Positions 41,179 through 54,602 of a stretch of DNA of 64,000 nt are shown here, one piece after another. This stretch comes from Camelus dromedarius (Eukaryota). Under the pieces are notes generated by a model. It had not been told where the DNA came from and made no database searches. It worked only from the letters and a program-made list of their open reading frames with translations. Location: positions 118,732,001 to 118,796,000 of the forward strand of contig NC_087436.1 in the NCBI RefSeq assembly GCF_036321535.1, written 5' to 3'. The translations under genes and the position numbers were made by a program. Numbering within the stretch: the first letter of the stretch is position 1; each line of letters opens with the position of its first letter.

Positions 41179-43436
41179 CTGGGGAAAAGATTTGGTTTAA
41201 AAACAGAACTTTATTGGGTTATTTACCACTTGCCATTTTCCCATGTTACTCAGCAAAACCCAATGAATTCCGGTGGGCAAAGGTGTTGCAAGAAAGCGCA
41301 CATTCAGACTACCGTCTCCTCGTCGTGATGGAGACGCTGTGGCCTGTCTGCACTGCAGCGCATCTCCTGTGGAAACGGGGTTACTTCTTAACCTAATCAG
41401 CTGAGAAGCGATGTTAGCAGAGTGTCTGAGTTGACCTGCTGCAGATGGAAGCCCAGGAAGTCGCACAATCATCGTTAAATACGCAGTAAGAGCAAGGGCG
41501 TGGAATTCCAATAGACATCGTTATCTCATTTAATCCTCATGCAACCCCACGAGGCAGCCGTTACTGCTTCTGTTTTGTAGACAGAGACCAACCGAGGTCC
41601 CACACGAGTGAGCGGCAGGGCCAGGACCCAGACCCTGGCTTCGCATTTTTTTCCATATAATCATCTGATTTGGTTCACAATTTTTTTTTGGAACCCCACT
41701 AATACACCAGTGATCATTCTATCTCTGCCCTAGACTCATAGTCAGATCTCAGTTACTAAGGAAGGAAAACAATCATTTTCCCAGAAACGGTACTTATTAA
41801 TCAAGTAAGAGATACACTTTTTGAAAGGACCAGTCACTTACAGAAATAAAGTATAGCAGCAGAACAGTGCTCTGGTCTCCAAGGTGCTTCCTACACAGAG
41901 TTGCCTTTAAACCCTGAGCCATGGACAGGTTGGCCAGCAGAGGAGACCTTTCCAAATCATACTCTGAAATCAAACTGCTTTTAATTTCACAAAATTACGG
42001 TAAGTTAAGTAAGCGTGCGTTGGACCGCCGCCTGAAGACTCTGGCAGCTGAACCCATGGGCTTCCTTAGCCATTCAACTAAGATATGTAACCCAGATGGG
42101 CACTAGTTCAGATGGCAGGTCCTAAGCAGACGCTCTGGGACAAGGCTAAAGGGGAGAGGAAGGGCGGAGCCATCCATTCAATTAATTCCCACGGAGCCCC
42201 AGTCTGGCTAACCAGTTTAGAGAGAAAACCTTATCTCCCTTATTAGACAAGAACAACAGAATTCATCCCGGTTCTGTACAACAGATGCCTTTCCTACATG
42301 AAATACTTACATGGAGGGGAACAAAAGAAAGCTCTTATTTTTTTATGAACGAAAGTCAGAAAACTGGTTTCAAATGGCTCCAAAGGATGATGGAGACAAA
42401 GAACATTCTAGTGAATGGACCAACGCTTATGGAATTCTGACGAGAAAGATGTGCTGCAGCAAAGAGCTGTGGGAGATTTTCTAACAGCCGCGGACGTGTT
42501 AACCACGACCTCCCGTAGCCGCCACTTCTGCTGAGTGAACCAAGGACTCAGGTCACGTTCAGGCAAGACGTGGGTCTGAGACATTCGGGCCAACACAACA
42601 AAGGACAAGATGGGAAGTTCCAGTGCAAACAGAATTTCAACTGAAGCCGGGAGAAGAAAACAGAATCAGAGAAGCACCAACGCTGGCCAAGGAGCTCGCT
42701 TTTACTGACGGCTCTGTACATGCAAAGGCTTCAGCGGAGGGAGAGCAGGACCAAGTCACCACAGCTGCTTAGAGAACCGGCCACAGACTCAGTGCTGTTT
42801 AACCTGTCGATGATGTTTTAAATGGAAACAAACAAAAACAAAAAAAAAAGGATTGTGAAGGCAATACAGTAACACACCCGAGGCAAGATTTTGGCTGGAA
42901 GCAATGAAAGCGTCAATACCCTCACTCCGGATCCGACTCGGTAATGGGAAAGGCACTGCAGGTTCTGGAACACGATTTCTACCCGTGAACAATGGTCAAC
43001 CTCCCTTCTCGCTAAAGAGTAGTTCTGAGTTGCGGTTTGAGTTACCAACAGTAATTGTTTTAGTCCAACGCTGCTGCGGTGCCCGGCTCTGCATTCACTG
43101 GATCAAAGGGTTGGAGCAACGTTACAAGCTTAACTGCCTATGCAAGTTATCTCCTTTCCCCCTGCTCACTTACCTGTGTTTACCTTGGCAAATAGAAAAA
43201 GGGCCAAACTAGCAGTAAACACATTATAGAGTCAGCTGCGGGCCAGGTCAGACCCCGCTCTTTCAAAAGGTGAGATTCATGCATGCAGGGTCACTTAAAA
43301 AGGTGTGCTATTAATTGCAACAGTGCTTCTGTCCAAGTTTGCAGAATGCATACCAGGTGACTATGCATGCAGGAAAGAAGTAGTTATGGAAATGAAACAC
43401 AAATAAAAAAGGCAAAATATTGCAAAAACAAATTAT

Positions 43437-43442
43437 TTTATT
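43437..43442 (-). terminator. JAKMIP1: Intronic polyadenylation signal for the short JAKMIP1 isoform
   Basis: AATAAA about 195 nt after the stop, followed by U/GU-rich sequence (tttgtttttgcaatattttgccttttttatttgtg). Confidence 0.75.
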
Positions 43443-43635
43443 AAGTGCAAAACAAGCCGTAGGCAATAAATATATTAGCTCTGGTACATGTCCAAAGACT
43501 TCGGTGAGCATTCTCTCCAGAACATATTAAGGCAGTGAAATTATTCTGAACATACAGATTTGAAAAAAAAAAAAGAAAAGAAAAGAAAGAAAGTGTCACA
43601 CGTCCCCTTACACATGCTTGAAAACATCTGGGACT

Positions 43636-43809
<174 letters not shown>

Positions 43810-44494
43810 CTAGAGCAGAAATACCTGCAGGTTAACAGAGGGGAGAACCACTCCCTCACCAGGGGCCATGAGAACACGCCCCTCCATCACGGACCCCCTG
43901 AGCGCTGGCCTGAGGGAACAGGGACCACGACCAGAGGGAGGGCAGGGAGGGGAGGCTCCGCAGCGGCTGTGCTGGGCAGGCACGGCCGCCCTTTCTGCTG
44001 CAGAGGCCGGGGAGGGCGCAGACGGAGGCCTGCCGGCTCCCCCCTGCGGCCCCCAGCCTGGCCCAGCGGGGGGCCCCTTCAGATGTTTACTGAGCACACA
44101 AATGGTGTGGAAACTGAGGCACAGAGCGATCGAGTCCCTTCCTTGAGGTCAGTCGTGGGGGAAGTCAGAGCGACCTCCAGCCCATCCGAGCTCCTCCGGC
44201 CCAGACCCGCAGAATCAGCCCAGCCAGAGTCCGGCCAGCTGCACTAGGAAGGCGTACGTGCCTTGTGCTCCCCAGAGGGCTCCGGTGAGGGTGGTAGCAG
44301 ATGTCCCAAAAGCACAGGTCTGGGAAGGGGGGTTGCCTGGATCCCGAACCCACTGGGAGACCCTGGGCCAGTTACCTAACTGCTTAGTGCCTCAGGCTTG
44401 TCCAAGGAGGATCAGGGCAGCAAGGACTAAGACTGCATGGAAACCAGGGCCTTGGTGGGTCATGGGCACCATTGCTCCCTCCTCCCTATCACTA

Positions 44495-44645
44495 CTGGGG
44501 TGGCACTGCCCCCCAGGGGGATATTTGGAAACAGTGAGAGACTTTTCCGTGCCTTCCAGAATGTAGTGAGCAGGACCAAGGATGGAAATCTCTCCAGATG
44601 CACCAGGCCGACTCGCAGGACAGTGACCAGTCCTGTCCCAATGCC
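44495..44645. mobile_element. MER20-like hAT relic
   Basis: tgccccccagggggatatttggaaacagt..gagactttt. Confidence 0.55.
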
Positions 44646-45653
44646 CATGGAAAGATGGGACGGTGAAAGGCCACACAGTGGGTCAGTGCAGAGCTGGGAC
44701 AGGACCGAGGCCCCCTCCCAAGGGGTGAGGCCAGGCTCGTCCAGCTGGCATGTCCTAGGATGCTTAGAAGCTGAGGCCTAACCCAGGTCCGATCCCACCA
44801 GTGTGGGAGGTGCAGGAAAAGCAAAGCTATCCGGATGGAAAGGAGGTTGCTGAGGCTCAGGCGTGAAGGATGGGGACTGACTATAAATGGGCCCGAGGGC
44901 TCTTTCTGGGAGGCTGAGAATGTTCCCAAAATTGCACTGTGGTGATGGTTGCACAACTCAGTAAATGTACCAAAAAAACCCCAAACCAAAAACAAACCCA
45001 AAACCAAACAAACAAAAACCCACTAACTGTTCACCAATAAGAAAAAAATAAAGCTAAGGTCTTGTCCCAAAGCATCAGATCTACTCCCCAAGCTGACTCC
45101 TTGGAAAGTCCCATGACCAGAAAGTTCCATGACGGAGAGGGAGGGACAGGCTCAGCTCCGCCTGCGCCATGCCTCCAGTCCATGAACTGGACCACGACCA
45201 ACCGAGGTGGGGCCTGTCCTCTCACCTCCACCGGGAGGGGGAGGGGACCTGGAACCCAAGGCCACGGCAGAGGCAGCCTGGGGGCCTGTATCAGGAAGAC
45301 AGGCGGCCCCCACGACGTCTGCAGGGGCCCCAGGGGGATGGTGGCCCCTATCAGGTTTGCAGGGGCCCCAGAAGGACAGGACGGGCAGGCCCCAGCGTGT
45401 CTGCAGGGCGGCCTAAACCAGCTCTGCGGGCCCTGCCCCAGAGGACAGGACCAGGACCAGGCCGGAGACCCCTGGAGTCAGTCCCTGATTCAACCTGAGG
45501 AAGATGTCCCTCCTCTGAGGGCTGGCTAGGCCCCTGGGGCCACCAGGAAGGGCGCGGGTGAGACCCATGTGGCCAGAGTGGGCCTCTGAGGTCCCTGGGG
45601 GCTGTGGGTGCCAAGATTCTCTGGGAGGGGGTCCAGGTGTTTATGCGACATAC

Positions 45654-45716
45654 CTTTTCCAGCAAGTCTTGGTTTGTTCTGATGAGCAGCTGCTTCTCCT
45701 CAACCCATTTGGAATC
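45654..45716 (-). CDS. JAKMIP1: JAKMIP1 exon DSKWVEEKQLLIRTNQDLLEK
   Basis: ccttag| and |gtatgt, 63 nt. Confidence 0.95.
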
Positions 45717-48660
45717 CTAAGGGAAAGCACTAAACATGTTCACGCTCACTGACGCAAACAGACGGCTCAGTAACAAAGTGAGCGTCTGTGGGACAGACCG
45801 CTCAACATGAAACTTTGTAGGAAAAAGCGTGAGGAAAGGACAGCGGTTAGAAGGACCTCACCGTCCCATAAACCCTTAAACCCTTAAACATGAAAGAGAG
45901 AAACGGCAGGCTTGTGAAGCACCCTCCTCCACGGCTCACACTCCCCAGAGGCACGGGGGCTCCTCAGCACTGCGGACCGAACACCAGCTGCAGTGGGACC
46001 GAGGTGGCACCGCGCACCCTCCCCTGGCTGTTCGCGCAACCCGGGGGCCAGCGTCCAGGCCACGCCCGAGGGTCTGCCCACACCCCAACCTGTGTCCTTA
46101 CAAGGACGCACTCCTGCTCACCCTTCTCCGTCTGGCTCTGGTGCCCGAACTACATCTCTCTGCCTGGCTGAGTCCTGCCTGGAAAGTTCCACGAGTGCAA
46201 GGTGCTAAGTCTATCTTCACACTGGCATCCCCAGCGCCCACACGGTGCCCGGCACACAGCCGGGGGCAGCAGACACGGGGGACGGATGAATGGATAAATG
46301 AGGGAACTTTCTTCCTTCTTCTCTCCTCGCCAACACTGACCACCCTGCGTCATCCCTGGGTTGGCCCCACGGGCTGAGTCCCTGGGAAGACAGAGCTGTG
46401 TTCCATTCATCCTTTTTCCTGTGGCAAGTGGTTTGCAACATCTCCCATCTCTGTGCCCCTTTGCAACATGACCCTGCAGCTCCTCCCAAGGAGACACGAC
46501 GTCTCTTCCTGCAACCGCGAGGCTGGGCTCGGCTGTGATGTGCTTGGGTGACTGGGGTGTTAGCAAGGGGACGGCAGCAGAGGTGTGGTGTGTACTTGTG
46601 CTTTGGGGCTTGCCATTCCTTCTGTTCACCCCCAGGCCCCCAGAAAAAGAAGCCAGCGCAGCTTCCTTGAGGAGGAGAGGACCATGAGGAGAGATCTGGC
46701 CAAGACCTGGCACCAGTGCTCAGAAAGGAGAGTGAGGCCACTGGGGGCCACCGAGCTGCAGTCACTCTACTGACACTGCAGCCTTCAGAACGACCCCAGA
46801 TGAGAGCAGCTGAAGAACTACCAGCTGAACCCAACCCAAACCACTGATCCATAGAACTGCAAGCAGATAGTTTGTTGTTGTGAACAACTAAGCCTGAGGG
46901 GGTTTGGTGGGTGGTGACAGTAACTCATATGTCGTTTTGCACACCGAGCACCAAGCCTGGCGCAGGGCAAGAGCTCTGGGAAGTGCTCGCTGAAGGAATG
47001 GCTTTGTTTTGTCCTTTGGCAGGAGCTGAGGGGAGCCCAGGCCCACAAACAGGGCTCAGCACCCTCAGATGGGAGGTTAACTTAACTGTAGACCACGAGC
47101 CCAGCCTGGAAGAGGGAGGCTGAGGTCAACGGCGGGTTAGAACAGGAGTCTGAAAACAGCCTCATCTGTCAGCCGGACTCCATCCCAGCTGCTGCTGAAT
47201 CTCCCTGAGCCCTCTTCCCCAGTATGTTAAGTACTATTGCTGGCTCCATTTTAAAGACAAGGAAACTGAGGCACAAAAGATCGTGGAAATTGCCTGAGGT
47301 TGTGCAGCAGGTCAGTGGCAGGGCAGCATCTGAGCAGGGGGGCCGGCTGCAGAGCATGGGCTCTTCCCTGCTCTCCTGCCTCCGTGGAAAATTCTGGACC
47401 AGGGTTACGTGACCACCAGTTCCTGAGGGCTGGTCACTCACCTGCCCCCTGTTGATTCTGGCTACTAGCCAGCAGCCTCAATTTGAACCCTGGTCACGAC
47501 CCAAGCCCTCATGCCACTGACTGGACACCAGTCAGAGTCAGGCTAAGCCATCCGTTCTGCAGCTCCTCCCGGGTCCCCGTTAACCCACCTGGAACCTCTC
47601 ACAACGCCTTCCCTTAACACTCGCCTCCTGCTCCCTGTGCTCCACCACAGGGCCTCTGGTTGCCCGCGCCCGACCCCCTCAGATCACCTCCTGCCCGAGG
47701 GCTGGGGCAGTGGTGCCACCAGACACTCCAACTGCCCACACACTCCTTGGCACCTTTGCGGTAGGCAGGGCCATGCGACTGTTTAGGCCAAAGAAAAGTG
47801 CTGAGGCAGAGAGCGGCTTCTCCTGTCCCCTGCCGAGGAGGACGCACTGTGGACAGACCGGTACAAGATGGCGCTGCCTCCAGCGCTGGACCCTGAGTGA
47901 CCACATGGAGCGGAGCCCCTCCGCCTACAGGAGGACAGGCAGCACGCTGAGCAGGACCTGAACCTCGTGGTAAGGCACTGAGAAGTCCTGGGGGTCTCTC
48001 CACAGGGAGCCACTGACGTGGAGAGCGTGGCCCGCCCGCACCGACCCTTGGGTTGGCGTGGCTCTGACATGCTAGCCTCTGAGAGGCTGGCCCCCCTGGA
48101 GCCCTCAGGACTCCCCACCCCCAGAGATGGGTCTGCGCCCAGGCTTTGCCTCTCTCACGTGGCCCACTGTCAATGAACTCAGAAAACTCAAATTCAGAGA
48201 ATTCACGCATGGAGGTAATTCCAAGCTAAGATGCTCAGGGGCCCAGGTCTCCCTGTGACAGCCACAGCACGGAGCCCGGAGGCCGCCTCTGCGCTCGCTC
48301 AGGGCGGCTGCAGGGACTTGTCCAGCCCCACGCCTGCATCCTCGTTGGCAACAGCAGCTTTTCTGCCAGATTCAACTCAGAATAGGCCGTGGTGGCCACC
48401 TGCCTCCTGGAACTGTCTCCTATCCTTGTGCATGTGGTAAACAAAGAAAAAGCCAAGTTAGGCTCTCATAACACGGTTGATTTTTTAAAAACTTGTTAAA
48501 GAGGCATGTTAGCTGGGACATTCTCGCCTGGGCTCTGCCAGTGTTTTTTTCCCTCCTGTCTCCAGAGTAAACCATGCGGACCCACAGGACATGCCCCAGC
48601 GGCACTGCCAAGGGGATAGGAAGGCAAGGAGCCGCAGGGCGCGTGACCGTTTCTGCTCAC

Positions 48661-48744
48661 CTGTCCCTTCTCAACCAGTAACTTCTCCAGATCCTCGATC
48701 TTGGCCTGACACCTCAGCAGATCGGCCTGGAGCTGTTCCCGAGT
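48661..48744 (-). CDS. JAKMIP1: JAKMIP1 exon TREQLQADLLRCQAKIEDLEKLLVEKGQ
   Basis: ttccag| and |gtgagc, 84 nt. Confidence 0.96.
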
Positions 48745-49330
48745 CTGGAATAAAAAGATCAGGAGGTGAGCAGGTCGCCTATGATGGAGACGGAGTGGGG
48801 GACAGGACTGTACTGCCTCCGTATCTGAGGAATGGGTCCCTCTTAGGTGCACACGTTCAACCTGGCCTGCCTGCTTACAGGTAGGGGCCTCTGTCACCTA
48901 CATGTGCAACATGGTTAAGGACTGCAAGGCCTTGAGAGGCCATCAGTGTTATTCCCCCTTGATTTTAGAGATGAGGCCACTGAAGCTTCGTCACCGGGGT
49001 GAGTGAGCCAGACCTGCCAGGTGCAGCCCAGCTTCCTGGCCAAGTTCAGCAGCTGCATCACTGACACCAGCAACACCCTTGCTCAGCGCCTCTCGTGGGC
49101 CCTCATCACCTACAGCCAGGGCTGGAAGCCAAAGTACCCCAAGGGCCAAGCGGGTGTTGTACATAAGGGAAGCTGACTGGGTGTGGGACAACAGGGAGGG
49201 GTGGGGACTGTGGCAGACTGGAGGCGTGTGTCCTATCTCAGCGGGACGGCCACTCAGCCGTTGTAGCCAAAGGCAACTATGTGGAACAGGAAGCCTGGTG
49301 CTTATAGATGTTCTGAGAAGCCAGGAATCT

Positions 49331-49492
49331 GGGTTTTTTTTTTTTTTATAAGAAAAGATATTTATGTTGTTTGTTTTTATTTTCCAATTTAAAAAAAAAA
49401 TAGAGGTACCAGGGATTGAACCCAAGACTTTGTGCATGCCAAGCACGTGCTCTACCACAGAGCTGTACCCTCCCCTACCCCTAGCCCCAGCC
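49331..49492 (-). mobile_element. tRNA-derived SINE (vic-1 type) with 10-bp TSD, nested in an older hAT-like relic (about 49130-49590)
   Basis: A/B boxes; ccaggaatct at 49321-49330 and 49493-49502. Confidence 0.85.
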
Positions 49493-50095
49493 CCAGGAAT
49501 CTCGATTTCTATGTGAAATCTCTTGACTTTAAAATGTGGCAAGTAGATAACATTTTCAATAAAAACCACAGGCTTCAGCTCAAACCAAGTTCAAGCAGTG
49601 CACCTTGTCCGATGTCCAGGGTACGGGCTGGACTCTGCTGTAGCACAAGGCCCGCCCCACCCCAGCTGCATCCGCCACCTCCTGCCCTGTGGGGCTGTTG
49701 TGGGGGTGAAATACTGGCCTGAGGGGTGCGCTCCCAGGAGTTCCCCTCGCCTTCAGAAGGAAGGGCCAGCAGGCCCGGTCTATGCGACTCCTGAAGGCGG
49801 GGTAACGGCCAGTGAGTGGACGCTACCGGAAGGCAGAGCTCGGCCCAGCACGAGGGCTAGCGAGGCTCAGACCTGGGTGACTGCAGGGACCGGCGTGCCT
49901 GGTGGGCTGGGAGCACCCCCACGGTCCCTGCCAGGGCTCCCCAGGGGTATTCTCGGGCGTTTCCCAGCCAGGAGGGAGAGGAGTTAAAGTCTAATTTCTT
50001 CACTGGGTCTTTAATTCTGAAATCATTCTTGCAAATGGACGGCCCACACGGCACGTGTCAGAGCAGCAGTGTATCTTCTGCAACTTCTGCTGTCA

Positions 50096-50506
<411 letters not shown>

Positions 50507-51175
50507 TTATGTAACCAACCGGTCACGGCGGGGACCTAACTAGATCTCTGCAGTGGAGGGCTCGGGAGAAGACGCTGTCTTTGCAGTCAGCGCCCTTCCC
50601 AGGAGCTCCGTGGGCCCTGGGAACCGCTCGACTCGTGGGCCAGGGAGCAAGGGCAAGCCAGCCCGACCACAGCACCGTGAACACCTCCTTGTGACGGCAC
50701 CCCTGCCACCGCCCCAGCCAGCTCCGAAGGACACCACCACCCAAAGCGCATCACTGTGAAGAGCTGGCATCGACATCATGCCCTTCATCGGGGTCCCCGA
50801 GGTAAATGCACACGCAGACCCTGACAGAGGATGACGGCGAATGCGGTGTTTGGTGCTGAAAGACGCCTGTTACCTATTCTTGGTGAGAAAAGCAAACCCA
50901 AAAGCATTTGTTTGACATGATCACGTTTGAGGTGGGTTTCCGGAGTGCTTCCGCTGGCGGGGGCGGGGCAGGGGAGTAAAGCCACTCTCACTCCTCTGTG
51001 ACTCTAGTTCCTGGAGGGCTGTGGTCATGAACCCGGATGTGTGGAGCTGGTGGGTCAGGAAAGCAGCAGGTGCTGAGCGGGGTGAGAGGCTCCAGGTGGG
51101 CTGTGCTCTGCTCTTCGCCCTCCTCAGTGCTGCCTGGACCCGTTCCTGCAATGATGCGCCCTCTGTATGCACGTG

Positions 51176-51338
51176 GGTGACGAGGTGTGTGTGTGTGCAC
51201 AGGCGTGTGTGAGCTCAGGGGAACGAATACAGGTGACGGGGTGTGTGTGTGTGCACAGGCGTGTGTGAGCTCAGGGGAACAAATATAGGTGACAGGGTGT
51301 GTGTGTGTGCACAGGCATGTGTGAGCTCAGGGGAACAA
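51176..51338 (+). repeat. 56-bp tandem repeat, about 3 copies, containing (GT)n
   Basis: Units start at 51176, 51232 and 51288. Confidence 0.92.
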
Positions 51339-51618
51339 GGGACAGATGCCACGTGGCAGTTTTAATGACAAAGGGGAAGCAACACCGCAGCGGCTGCAGG
51401 TCTCCTCTATGAGATCCGTGCTGGGCAAGGGAAGGGTGGCGCCCCTGTTACCATTCTTAGATCCCACGGAAGTGGGGCTCGCCCTCCCTGGACACGGTGG
51501 GCTGTGATTACACGGTCCTGCAGGTTTAAGTCTCGCAGTGAGGGAGTGACGCCTGCAGCTGCCAGAGGCCAGAGGCTAGAGGCTGCCTGCCAGCATCCCC
51601 AGGGTGAGGTCCGCTTAC

Positions 51619-51747
51619 GTCATCCAAGTCCTCCTCGGGCGTGGCCGGAGCCCTGTCTGTTCTGTCTGTGTTGCAGGACGTTTCTGACAGTGTTTCCGAG
51701 TCCACAGACTCCTCATCAAATCCAAAAAATGTCTCCACAACATGCTT
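51619..51747 (-). CDS. JAKMIP1: JAKMIP1 exon KHVVETFFGFDEESVDSETLSETSCNTDRTDRAPATPEEDLDD
   Basis: tttacag| and |gtaagc, 129 nt; JAKMIP-family VVETFFGFDEES motif. Confidence 0.97.
51716..51747 (-). CDS. Second coding segment of the microprotein (EACCGDIFWI*), read in an alternative frame of the JAKMIP1 exon
   Basis: Phase-1 junction G|AA GCA TGT TGT GGA GAC ATT TTT TGG ATT TGA at the JAKMIP1 acceptor 51747. Confidence 0.6.
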
Positions 51748-53029
51748 CTGTAAAAGGCAATTCGCAGGACATGAAGAAGGGACTCAGAAACGCCCAGACC
51801 CCTCGCCCCCTCGTCCCAGGGCAGAAGGGGCTACGATGAGCATCTGGGCCACCAGGCGTCCCAGGAGGCGGGTGGTGGGGTCTGTGATCGCTGAGTGGGA
51901 AGGAGGTGGCCAAAGGCGGTCGGAGGATGAAGGGTTGCCAGAGTGTGCTGGCCCGACCCTAGCTCCAGGCTCAGGAACTGATGACCTGTCGCAAGTCAGT
52001 CAGCCCCTCTGAGCATCCGCTTCCTTCTCCATCAGACAGACACAGAACCCCCACCCATCTGCAAGCACAAAGTGAGGTCACCGAGTGCCGGGCCTGGCGC
52101 AGTAACACAGTGAGTGGTATCCTTGCTGTTCGGAGTAGAGAGGATGGGACCCCATGAGATTCTGGACACCAGACACAGGGAAAGGGGAAAGGGGCAGGGT
52201 GTCTACAGGTGGAACCCGGGGCTCTGACTGGCTGGGCAAGCAAGGGGCGTCCTTACCAGACGCGCCTCAAGAGGCAAAAGTTTAACTTTTTATTATAAAA
52301 AACTTGGAACATTTACAAAAATCAGAAGGAATAGTCCAGTGGATCCGCATATACTCACAGAGATCATTTCAATGCTTTGTCTGCTGGCCTCCCTGTTACT
52401 CTCCCCAGGACTTCTCCCACCCCAAATGTCACAGGAGACGGGGCTTCACTCACTCATTCATTCAGCAAACACCGACTGAGCGCCTTCCACGGGTCAGATG
52501 CTGGGTGGGGTCTGGGAGCTGTGACTAAATCAAAACCAGGCCTGGTCCCTGCCACAAAGAGCTTCTGTCCCCTGGGGCTGCAGACATCGACCCCAATCAC
52601 CAGATCAACATCCTGTGTCCTAGGAACACAGGCTTTTCCCCCAAAATAGCCCCTGAGAAAGATCTGTATTTGTTTTTACAATCAGTGAATACACTTCACC
52701 ATGAAGAAAGAAGGTAACGAAATCCAGAGCCAAGCCCCAGGCTCCCACCGGTTGGTCCAAACTGGCTTCTCCCAGAGCCCCTCTCACCCCTGCTGAGAAT
52801 TTGAATTGGTCCCTCTTGTTACAGAACTGAAACGAAGTCTACTTAACAAGTCCTGTCCATGCCCTGATTTTATATACTTGTACCTATCAATAAACATCGT
52901 GAAACTAGAAAAAAATACATTTTTGTTTATTTAATATGGGTGGGAATGCACCGCCCTGGAACTCCTGACTCAGCTGCCTCCTCCACAGCTCCATGGCGGG
53001 GCGGGGCTAGTGGTCGCCGACTTAACCCC

Positions 53030-53715
53030 CAAACCTGCTGCTCCCATCATCTAACATGTGTTGCTTCCAGCAGCTCCATCCTTTTCAGTTGCTCAGGCCC
53101 AAAACTGAGCCCCCCCGTGCTCCTCATTCTCTCAGGCCTCTCTGGGAGAAATCCTGTTGGCTCCAGCTTCAACCCAGAATCCAACCCCTCTTGAACCAGC
53201 GCCACCACTCTGGTCCAAGCCACCATCATCTCTCACTGAAATTTAAAAAACTGCCTCCTACTGTCCTTCCCCCTCCTGCCCTTGTCCTGTAACCTGGCGG
53301 TCAGAGCGACGATTTTCAAACAACAGTCATGTCGTGCTGGTCCTTTGCTCAAAACCCAGCGGCTCTGCACCGCACTGGGGTAAACGCCAGCATCTGAGAT
53401 GCTCTTCCCGGAACACACACGACTTCCCCCAAGTCTTCTCACAAGTGCAGCCCGATCCAGAAAGGTGTCCCTGACCATCTTGTCAAAACCCCACTAAACC
53501 ACCCCCACCCACCGCTCTGTCCTCCTCCCTTCATCTTTCTCCACAGCACTCGTCACCAGTTCTGCTTGCATGTTTGTTATGTGTCTCCCTCCTCCAGAGT
53601 GTAAGCCCCAGGAGGTCAGGGATTTTGCTCCATGAGGGCAAGGATTTAGGCTCTTGTGTTCCCCACAGTGGCCCAGGGTCCGACACACTCAGGAAATATC
53701 GCTTGTTAAATGAGC
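53030..53715 (+). mobile_element. L2 3' fragment
   Basis: gttgctcaggcccaaaact, gtccaagccaccatcatctctcac, agagtgtaagccccaggaggtcaggga. Confidence 0.75.
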
Positions 53716-54419
53716 GTCTCTGCTAATGAACTCAGTGCCAAGCGAACTTGCTGATGCACAGACAGTTTTAAGTCTGCAAGTGACACCCTTTCCCCACATT
53801 CCTGCAGCAGCGTCAGCCAGGCTGCCACCTGGCTGGGCACCCAGGGAGTCCGCCAGGTAGGAATGTAAGGCCCTACTGGGTGCCATCAAAGTCAAAGGCA
53901 TTTCCTTCTGAGTGGAGGCTGGAGACACTTATATACTCAAATCCCTCCTCCAGAGGAGAAGCTCCGCCGAGTTCAGGTGTCAACAGCAGTCCAGACGACC
54001 CCTCTCTGGGGAGCCGGGGCCAAGACCTCAGATGGCGGACGCATCTCCCACGCTCAGCGCCTCTGCCCACACGCATTCACCCCGGCCCCAGGCTCCTTGT
54101 TTCTCTGGGCAGCCAGTCAGCTGACCTTCTTGTAAACACTGCTAATTGTGAGGCCTCTGGGGACAGGTCTGTTTGCTACTGCGGAGTGCCAGAGAGCGGC
54201 TGCCGGGATGCCCTTCACGGCCCACCAGTGAGCCCCAGGGAACATCAAGACACAGGCTCCACATGACCAGGACGGGATGCCGAGCAGTGGTCACCCACTA
54301 GCAGGCATCGTGGGCCATTCTTGGGGACGATGACTCAGTTCCAGTACCTAGGATGACTTTTGAAACTTTGAGGGACTGCTAGCTAAGTACTCAATTATTG
54401 AGCCCTAATACAGGGCTGC

Positions 54420-54602
54420 TGGCTCCATCCTCAACCCTTCCAGTGCTTCCATCCTGGTCCAAGCCACCATCATCTTTCAATGAAATTTAAAAAACCAGCC
54501 CCCACTGCCCTTCCCCCTCTTGCCCTTGTTCCATAACCTGGCGGTCAGGGTGATGATTTTGAAACAAGAGTCATGTCGTGTTGGTCCTCTGTCAAAACCC
54601 AA
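54420..54602 (+). repeat. Local duplicate of the L2 segment at 53160-53357
   Basis: Shared idiosyncratic strings tgaaatttaaaaaac, taacctggcggtcag, agtcatgtcgtg. Confidence 0.75.
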
